This document shows positions 58,048 to 64,000 of a stretch of DNA of 64,000 bases, piece after piece (the stretch's first letter is position 1; each line of letters begins with the position of its first letter). The notes beneath the pieces were generated by a model. The model made no database searches, had not been told where the DNA came from, and saw only the letters and a program-made list of their open reading frames with translations. Where the stretch lies: sequence record MT446416.1. One strand, 5' to 3'. A program made the translations under genes and the position numbers.

Positions 58048-58125
58048 TATAACCTCTAACGAGTAATACTTCTATACAAATAATATGTACAGAAGTATTT
58101 AATACTATTAGAGAATTTTTGAACG

Positions 58126-58452
58126 TTACTTCTTGCTAGTTAGTTTTTCTTTCAGGATATCAATCCAAATGGAAACTTTACCAGCAAACAATGCATTAGC
58201 AAACCATACAATTCCAACAATGTTCTCAACTAAATTCATAATTGAAACAAAAGGTCCAATTGGGAATACAAAACTTACTAACCATGACAGTACTGAAATA
58301 AGTACTACAACAAAGAAGATTCGTGCAATAGGTGAGTCTAGCATAAACAACTCACGAAACTCATCACGCTCGGTTTCGTCTTTAATGAAGAATTCGAAAA
58401 CCATAACCAATAACAGAATTAGAGCAGGAATTGAAATTAGAACTGATAACAT
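58126..58452 (-). CDS. Membrane protein
   Basis: Three hydrophobic segments. Confidence 0.7.
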   Translation of the reverse strand: MLSVLISIPALILLLVMVFEFFIKDETERDEFRELFMLDSPIARIFFVVVLISVLSWLVSFVFPIGPFVSIMNLVENIVGIVWFANALFAGKVSIWIDILKEKLTSKK

Positions 58453-58510
58453 GTTTTATATCCTCAAGTTTAAGTGTTAAGTTTCAGACTACAAGAACCA
58501 TTATACAGTA

Positions 58511-58753
58511 CTACGAACGTTTGTCAACATTTGTTTCTTCAATAAGCATAAGATAACTTAACACGAAGAGTAATACAGATACAATGTCAATAACGGTGAA
58601 GCTTACTGGAATGATAATAGACACTAGAACGAGTGCCACGTTTAGCAAGAATACAGTAGTGATATCTACCAGCTTTCGTTTAGTGGCTACTGCTACTAGT
58701 GTAGGGTAGAACATAAACAATAATGCAACTACAAAACTCAATACTAGATACAT
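58511..58753 (-). CDS. Imm-like membrane protein
   Basis: FYPTLVA...K...VFLLNV. Confidence 0.45.
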   Translation of the reverse strand: MYLVLSFVVALLFMFYPTLVAVATKRKLVDITTVFLLNVALVLVSIIIPVSFTVIDIVSVLLFVLSYLMLIEETNVDKRS

Positions 58754-59406
58754 TTCTTTTTCACCTTAAGAAAATTATAACATAAAACAACCTCAACATC
58801 TGGCTCATCATACAAGTACTCAAAGCGTTCTTTACTACGCTTAGTACCGATGTACTCACCATTCTTATGCCAACGCCACCCACCACTCTCTGGTTGGTCA
58901 GACTTCAGTACTGGATGATAGCACATGACAATTTCTTCTGGACCTTCAATAAGGTTCTTGTACTTCGTCAAAATCTGTTCAAGCGTATCTGCTACACCAT
59001 AAGATGGGTGCATAAGATAAGACTCAGGACGTGGACGACCACTTGGCAGAATGTCATCAGTACTATTAAAGATAGCACGGAAGTCTTCTGACGTGTATAA
59101 ACTTCCATCTTCATGGATCATTGGATATTCATCCACTACATCATAATCAGTGAAGTGCTCGATGGCATGTTCAGGTCTGTAACCTGCGAGAATACCTGTA
59201 TGTTTCGTCTGTACAATAGTCATAACAGATGTACTATTGTTTACATTAGGATCATGAATCTCAGCCCAAAAAGGATGATGAGGATCAAATGTAGCATTAA
59301 CTAAAGTACAATCACCAATGTAGTCGAAATTAGTTTCTTTAAAGTTCAAAGAAACACCACGCAATGCCCAATCAGGAGAAGTGATGAAATTAAGATTTAC
59401 TAACAT
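58744..59406 (-). CDS. Conserved phage hypothetical protein
   Basis: YGVADT.EQ and GGWRWHKNGEYIG motifs. Confidence 0.8.
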   Translation of the reverse strand: MLVNLNFITSPDWALRGVSLNFKETNFDYIGDCTLVNATFDPHHPFWAEIHDPNVNNSTSVMTIVQTKHTGILAGYRPEHAIEHFTDYDVVDEYPMIHEDGSLYTSEDFRAIFNSTDDILPSGRPRPESYLMHPSYGVADTLEQILTKYKNLIEGPEEIVMCYHPVLKSDQPESGGWRWHKNGEYIGTKRSKERFEYLYDEPDVEVVLCYNFLKVKKKCI

Positions 59407-59439
59407 AGTATCCTCAGTTGCAGTTGTTTTTTGATGTAG

Positions 59440-60091
59440 TTATTGTATCAGAGACGTGTCAATTTGTACAACATTTATTGTAACTATTTCGTACATATAT
59501 TCAATTGCATTGAACTCTGCATACCACTCTACAATCTCACAAGCAGCATCAACTTGGTTTTTCGCATTAACACGTCTGGCATAGGTGCTGCTCATTTTGA
59601 ATCTACCATATTCATAGACATTGTAGACACCATGACACCACCACATCTTAGTCATTAATGCTAGGCCATACAGTGAATTGTAAGTCTTGGTATTCAAATT
59701 TACCAATATCATTCTTCTTACGGAATGATTCTTCAACCTGAATTTCTGCGTCGTACTGACCATCGGCCTTTACTACGTACTTAAAATTTTCTACATGTGA
59801 AAAACGATACCCTTCTCCGTCTTGCTTGGATACTTGTACTGACCCTTCAACTAGATATAAATTCATTTGTCATTCTCCATCATATTCTGTGAGTATTACA
59901 CTATGTACTGTTTCAACATAGCGTTGTGTTTTTGGTGTGTTGTACTTAGTTACTTCATCAAACAATTTAAATAGAGCATGTGTGGGGCTTAATGCACGAA
60001 CAAATACATCAATCTTCTGAACTTCTTTCTTATAACCACGTACATTATTAAACTCAGATACATGCTCATAAACAATGTAGTAACGATTCAT
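59440..60091 (-). CDS. Triplet of small probable paralogs (59440..59655, 59648..59866, 59870..60091)
   Basis: Shared V.A....A helix motif; the partial ORF at 63800..64000 is similar. Confidence 0.6.
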
Positions 60092-60603
60092 ATATTAAGT
60101 AGTTCCATAAATTCATCGATCAAGGAAGTTCTAATGCACATAACAAATTCAAAATCAACATCGATAGTATCGAGTAGTTTGAACAACTTTGGTACATTTG
60201 GATCATTCAACTGGAAGTTATGAATCAAGCTCTGTTGAAACACACTTTCTTCAGTACTGTAATCAATAACAAAATATTCAGCTACACCTGGTGGTGAATA
60301 AACATCATATAATATCTGACGTTTATTGTGTGTTTCTGAACCAGGACAATATATAAGTTCTATTTCATACGAACCTGCCGAGGATCTATCATAAAACACA
60401 ATTTCAGTACTGATTATTTCACTACCATCACTACGTTCATAAAAACATACATCGGCATATCGTTTACCATTGGGCTTCAAAATCTCATGAGTTGTTTTAC
60501 CATAACATTTATCAGTTTCAATGTGAATTTTGTCTTGATATTCAGAACGTCTTACATCATTTCCACGATTAAACAATAAGATTAACAACTCATTAATATC
60601 CAT
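60088..60603 (-). CDS. Hypothetical protein with an EESVFQQSLIH motif
   Basis: ORF track. Confidence 0.75.
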   Translation of the reverse strand: MDINELLILLFNRGNDVRRSEYQDKIHIETDKCYGKTTHEILKPNGKRYADVCFYERSDGSEIISTEIVFYDRSSAGSYEIELIYCPGSETHNKRQILYDVYSPPGVAEYFVIDYSTEESVFQQSLIHNFQLNDPNVPKLFKLLDTIDVDFEFVMCIRTSLIDEFMELLNI

Positions 60604-61169
60604 TATTTCGCCTCAATGACTTTAAGGTTAACGAAATCACCTTTTACTTTCATGCATTTGAATTCAGTGCGAGTTTCATCCCCACTATCGCGAGGCCAAT
60701 GAGTAGCAGAGTAGCACTGGTCTGGTGTTTTATATACACCTTCACCAATAGTACGAGTGATTTCACCATTGGTGAGAACTACTGCGAGATATAAAGTAAA
60801 CATGATATTCGCCTTAGAATAATTTATTAATAATAGCACCCACCGCAAGAACTGCAATAATTACAGATACCCACATTACTGCATTCACTGTACCAGTTAG
60901 TTCTTTATCAAACTCCCTGCACTTCTTACGGTACTCTTCCCACTCTTTGTTATTCACACTGCCGCTCCTAATAGGTCGGTAGCTTTCTTCAGTACTACGT
61001 CAATGGTTTCCAGTACTGCACCTTTGTGTTCAATTGATACAATATTATTATAAGTATCAAGGTCCAAGTACTCCATATATTCAGTTTTGAATACACGAAC
61101 ATCAGTACTGGTGATTTTAAGATCGCAACCTTTATCCCAGATGACCTGCATCATTTCATTGGTAGTCAT
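60603..61169 (-). CDS. Small hypothetical proteins (60603..60803, a ~47-aa TM peptide, 60954..61169)
   Basis: ORF track plus hand translation. Confidence 0.6.
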
Positions 61170-61444
61170 TATTCAACCTTATCATAAACAAGTTTGTGTG
61201 TACTTATTACTTTGTTGAGGTGTCCTGGACAATCATATACATACAGACGCTCCTGACGTTTTTCCCAACTCCCACAAATACGTCCTGCTTGTGTACATAT
61301 TTCATATTCGTTAATAAAAGACTTACCTGTGAATGTACAATCCTGACGAACTAAGTCTTTTGCACTAAACCTGCCGTCATCATTACATGCTGTAAGAAAC
61401 ATTGTACAGAATACAAAGACAACAGTCAATAGTTTTTTAATCAT
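61169..61444 (-). CDS. Lipoprotein
   Basis: Lipobox LTAC. Confidence 0.75.
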   Translation of the reverse strand: MIKKLLTVVFVFCTMFLTACNDDGRFSAKDLVRQDCTFTGKSFINEYEICTQAGRICGSWEKRQERLYVYDCPGHLNKVISTHKLVYDKVE

Positions 61445-61809
61445 TGAACATCACCCCAACGGAAGCCATTCATATAATTTAAATTCACCTCAACGAGTTC
61501 ATGTGTTTTTGTACACCAAATTGACAGAGTTTTTGTAAAATCACCTGGTGAACTTTCATATTTCACACAATATCCTTCGATACGGAGAACCGAATGAGTC
61601 CATAATTCCCACTCAATCCAAATTTCATTTGGGTGATATACAATATCTTCGTTTAACTTGTGATATTCATCCAGTGGAAGCTGTGTAGTGATATCAATAT
61701 ATTTTACATTTCGACTGAGTTTTTCAAGCTGATATCGTGTATTAGCTAGATATTCTTCGTCATTCAGACGAGTTAATAAACCTGCTGCACGGGTTGTATC
61801 AAGACTCAT
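61441..61809 (-). CDS. Hypothetical protein
   Basis: ORF track. Confidence 0.7.
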   Translation of the reverse strand: MSLDTTRAAGLLTRLNDEEYLANTRYQLEKLSRNVKYIDITTQLPLDEYHKLNEDIVYHPNEIWIEWELWTHSVLRIEGYCVKYESSPGDFTKTLSIWCTKTHELVEVNLNYMNGFRWGDVQ

Positions 61810-61811
61810 TG

Positions 61812-62057
61812 TTATTCTCCATGAACCACAGATGTATCCACGCGAACTGTACCACTCATATAAGACGTAGTAGTGTTTGCATTAGGGCAATAAACTGTAT
61901 ACAAGGTTACGCCAGAACCATCCTTTTGCATACGATAAATCTTACATCCTGCTTCTTGTAATTCAATAGGGAGAATAAAATCACTTGTGCGTTCTTTGGT
62001 TGAAGCGTCACATGCAGTGAGTAAAAATGCAACGAGTACTGCTACGATATATTTCAT
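61812..62057 (-). CDS. Lipoprotein
   Basis: Lipobox LTAC. Confidence 0.75.
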   Translation of the reverse strand: MKYIVAVLVAFLLTACDASTKERTSDFILPIELQEAGCKIYRMQKDGSGVTLYTVYCPNANTTTSYMSGTVRVDTSVVHGE

Positions 62058-62365
62058 TAACGAACCTCCACTTCTTGAGAAAGAGCATGAGTCAGTGCAT
62101 TTGAATTCGAACCATTCATTTCATGCTGACATACAAACATAATGGCATCTTGTACTGAACCTGCGATTTCATACTCACGACCTTCAGGATCAGTTACCAG
62201 GTGTTCAACGATGCAACCACCACTAAGTACAGAAGCACCAGTACTTACACTAATTCTGTAACCTAAAAAATCAAACTGCATACATGCGTCAGTAGGTTTC
62301 ATCCAATAACCGCTGTTTTGATTCAAATCGATGATTACAAAACCTTGAGTGTTAGTTTGAAACAT
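62057..62365 (-). CDS. Hypothetical protein
   Basis: GAGG RBS; own promoter at ~62459-62487. Confidence 0.75.
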   Translation of the reverse strand: MFQTNTQGFVIIDLNQNSGYWMKPTDACMQFDFLGYRISVSTGASVLSGGCIVEHLVTDPEGREYEIAGSVQDAIMFVCQHEMNGSNSNALTHALSQEVEVR

Positions 62366-62394
62366 AGTTAATTCCTCATTTAATTTAAAAGGGC

Positions 62395-62446
62395 GGGAAC
62401 GCAGTGACGAGTACGATTATGCTGTCTTTCCTTTCACTGCATTCCC
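62395..62446 (-). promoter_or_regulatory. 13-bp-stem 5' leader hairpin
   Basis: GGGAAUGCAGUGA...UCACUGCGUUCCC with a G-U pair and a 26-nt loop. Confidence 0.6.
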
Positions 62447-62582
62447 TTTGATATAAACATTATACAGTACTGATATCTTATGTCAAGTATTAATCACCAA
62501 AAATCATCAGATACCCAAACCAACCCACACAGACGACTAAGCTAACAATACCAAAGACAATCTCTAAAGTCATGTTGCATCC

Positions 62583-62975
62583 TTAATCAAGGATTTTATA
62601 TTCAATATGACCAAAGTATCCAGCCTCAAGGATGCGATTACCATCAGCATCTTCCAAATCCCACCCACGGGATGTTTCGGCAATAATAGTCATGATGTGA
62701 CCTTTAGTGAAGGTTCCACTCATAGTGGATACATCCTCAAGTAATTGAACCTTCTTACCAACATTTGTATTTGATTTAAACATACTTTACCCTTATTCGT
62801 TGATTACGTCAAGTACTTTGTCCAGTTTCTTACCAATACTATCCTTTGGTTTCTCACCATTCTGGAATACATTAGTACTGCAATACTCAGGACGGGTATT
62901 AGGGAACTTCTCGTTCATCCAGGAGTGACCATATACACCAAGAATGATACCTACGATAAGAATGATGATTTGCAT
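62583..62975 (-). CDS. Two small proteins (62583..62783; 62793..62975 with an N-terminal TM segment)
   Basis: ORF track. Confidence 0.65.
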
Positions 62976-62989
62976 GATATATCCTCTAA

Positions 62990-63784
62990 TTAAATTACAT
63001 ACGGTTTATAGTAATGAATCTCGTTTGCGATTGCAGTGAAGACTTTATTATTAAATCTTTCACCATAATCACGAAGTGATTCACCTTCTTCGCTTTCAAT
63101 GAAGTAATTATATACTGGTAGACGTGCGTTGTCAACACCTATAAATGATTTCATGTAAATTTGTACTAAACGATTCATTCCTTCATTTAAGCATTGCACC
63201 TCAAAGTGCTTGATACCTTTGTCTAAATGTTTGAATGCATTAATGATACCACGTTTAAAATCACGCTGCATAGTACTGAATAAATTCTCAGGGAACACGG
63301 TAATAGGTGACATTGATTTAAGAATGTATGTATCTTTGGCATTCTTAATGTACTCAATAAAGCAGTAGTTAACGTCCGGCTCAATTGAACGATCCGCGTT
63401 ATGATACCAGTGTTTAAACTCACTGTACTCAGCAAACTTATGCTGGCGTAATGCGTTACAATCCTCACACAGTGCAGTTATGTTCTCTTTATCATTACCG
63501 CCCTGGAGACAGTCCAGTACATTATGGTCTAACGTCATGCGTACAAGGCGTTTACCTTTAAGTACATAAGGTCTGAATTTATAACGGTCTTTAGTACTGT
63601 GCTTATGTAAAGTGAATACCACATTGGATTCACCACAACAATCACATTTAAAGCCATCACGTGACATTACATGAATGAGTTTTCGAGTATTTGGGCCGAA
63701 CTCAGATTTAGTAATGTTGCCGACAATTTCTGATGGGTCGTAGTATTTTGAATTCCGGCGAATCAATTCATCTATAGTGCTCAT
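62990..63784 (-). CDS. HNH-domain protein
   Basis: RDGFKCDCCG...TLDH......GGND..NITALCEDCN. Confidence 0.75.
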   Translation of the reverse strand: MSTIDELIRRNSKYYDPSEIVGNITKSEFGPNTRKLIHVMSRDGFKCDCCGESNVVFTLHKHSTKDRYKFRPYVLKGKRLVRMTLDHNVLDCLQGGNDKENITALCEDCNALRQHKFAEYSEFKHWYHNADRSIEPDVNYCFIEYIKNAKDTYILKSMSPITVFPENLFSTMQRDFKRGIINAFKHLDKGIKHFEVQCLNEGMNRLVQIYMKSFIGVDNARLPVYNYFIESEEGESLRDYGERFNNKVFTAIANEIHYYKPYVI

Positions 63785-63799
63785 TTTACATTAATCCTT

Positions 63800-64000
63800 C
63801 TATGCTACAACCAATAAGTACTTTTTTCACTTCAATAACTCGTACCAAATAGAATCCATTTGAAAAGTTAAAACTATACATTTGTACTAAGGCATCTGCT
63901 TCAGATTTCGCACGGATACATGATAGATATAGTTCTCGTATATCGCCATCCAACGATGCTTGTTTCTCGTCATTGATAACAATAGAACGAATCTCAAAAC
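63800..64000 (-). CDS. Partial hypothetical protein (starts beyond window)
   Basis: Open frame ...CIRAKSEADALVQMY...LVVA*. Confidence 0.6.

Larger units (their letters stand above)
1..64000. other. Fragment of a large lytic phage genome (jumbo myophage-like, probably the RaK2/GAP32/PBECO4-related group)
   Basis: Very dense small ORFs mostly on one strand, T4-type denV, free-standing homing endonucleases, RCC1-repeat array, consensus sigma70 promoters, UUCG-loop terminators, no housekeeping genes. Phage origin is well supported; the group assignment is from memory, not a search. Confidence 0.8.

Noticed and set aside
2069-59658. Most + strand track ORFs outside the RCC1 block (e.g. 2069, 5228, 7818, 9120, 12332, 17578, 21479, 44863, 49577, 51209, 58133), and - strand ORFs inside it (28878, 31910, 32364, 37200)
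   Set aside because: They are antisense shadows of well-supported genes, with no RBS or motif.
1-64000. tRNA or rRNA genes, integrase or att sites, introns
   Set aside because: I could not recognise any cloverleaf, rRNA segment, recombinase motif or split conserved gene by eye. tRNAscan and Rfam searches would be needed to exclude them formally.

Overview
AT-rich, gene-dense segment of a large lytic enterobacterial myophage. It is most consistent with the RaK2/GAP32/PBECO4-like jumbo phage group; this is inferred from gene content and was not searched. I saw no tRNA, rRNA, CRISPR array or integrase. Layout: (1) 1-5.6 kb, a tandem array of at least 26 paralogous ~70-aa genes with the motif LGT(N/D)YQE. 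(2) 5.9-22.5 kb, an early/host-takeover-like region of small genes, nearly all with their own sigma70 promoter and a 5' hairpin. It encodes a protein kinase-like protein, a GNAT acetyltransferase, a YbiI/TraR zinc finger, a divergent H-NS-like protein and an HNH nuclease. It also carries two families of promoter-driven, ORF-less structured RNA motifs and ten RecBCD Chi sites. (3) 22.6-24.5 kb, a non-coding repeat-rich stretch that may be a genome end. (4) 24.6-28.6 kb, a second small-gene paralog array. (5) 28.7-37.8 kb, seven + strand RCC1/BLIP-II-like beta-propeller genes with a shared N-terminal tag. (6) 37.8-64 kb, accessory genes: membrane-protein arrays, an AAA ATPase, denV, several homing-endonuclease-like genes, Imm-like proteins and lipoproteins, punctuated by a repeated terminator-promoter cassette. 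The palindrome AGTACT is strongly over-represented throughout. The best candidates for undescribed biology are the multi-copy small-RNA-like units, the Chi-rich early region, the AGTACT code and the H-NS-like gene. Several frameshifts and in-frame stops could be sequencing errors.
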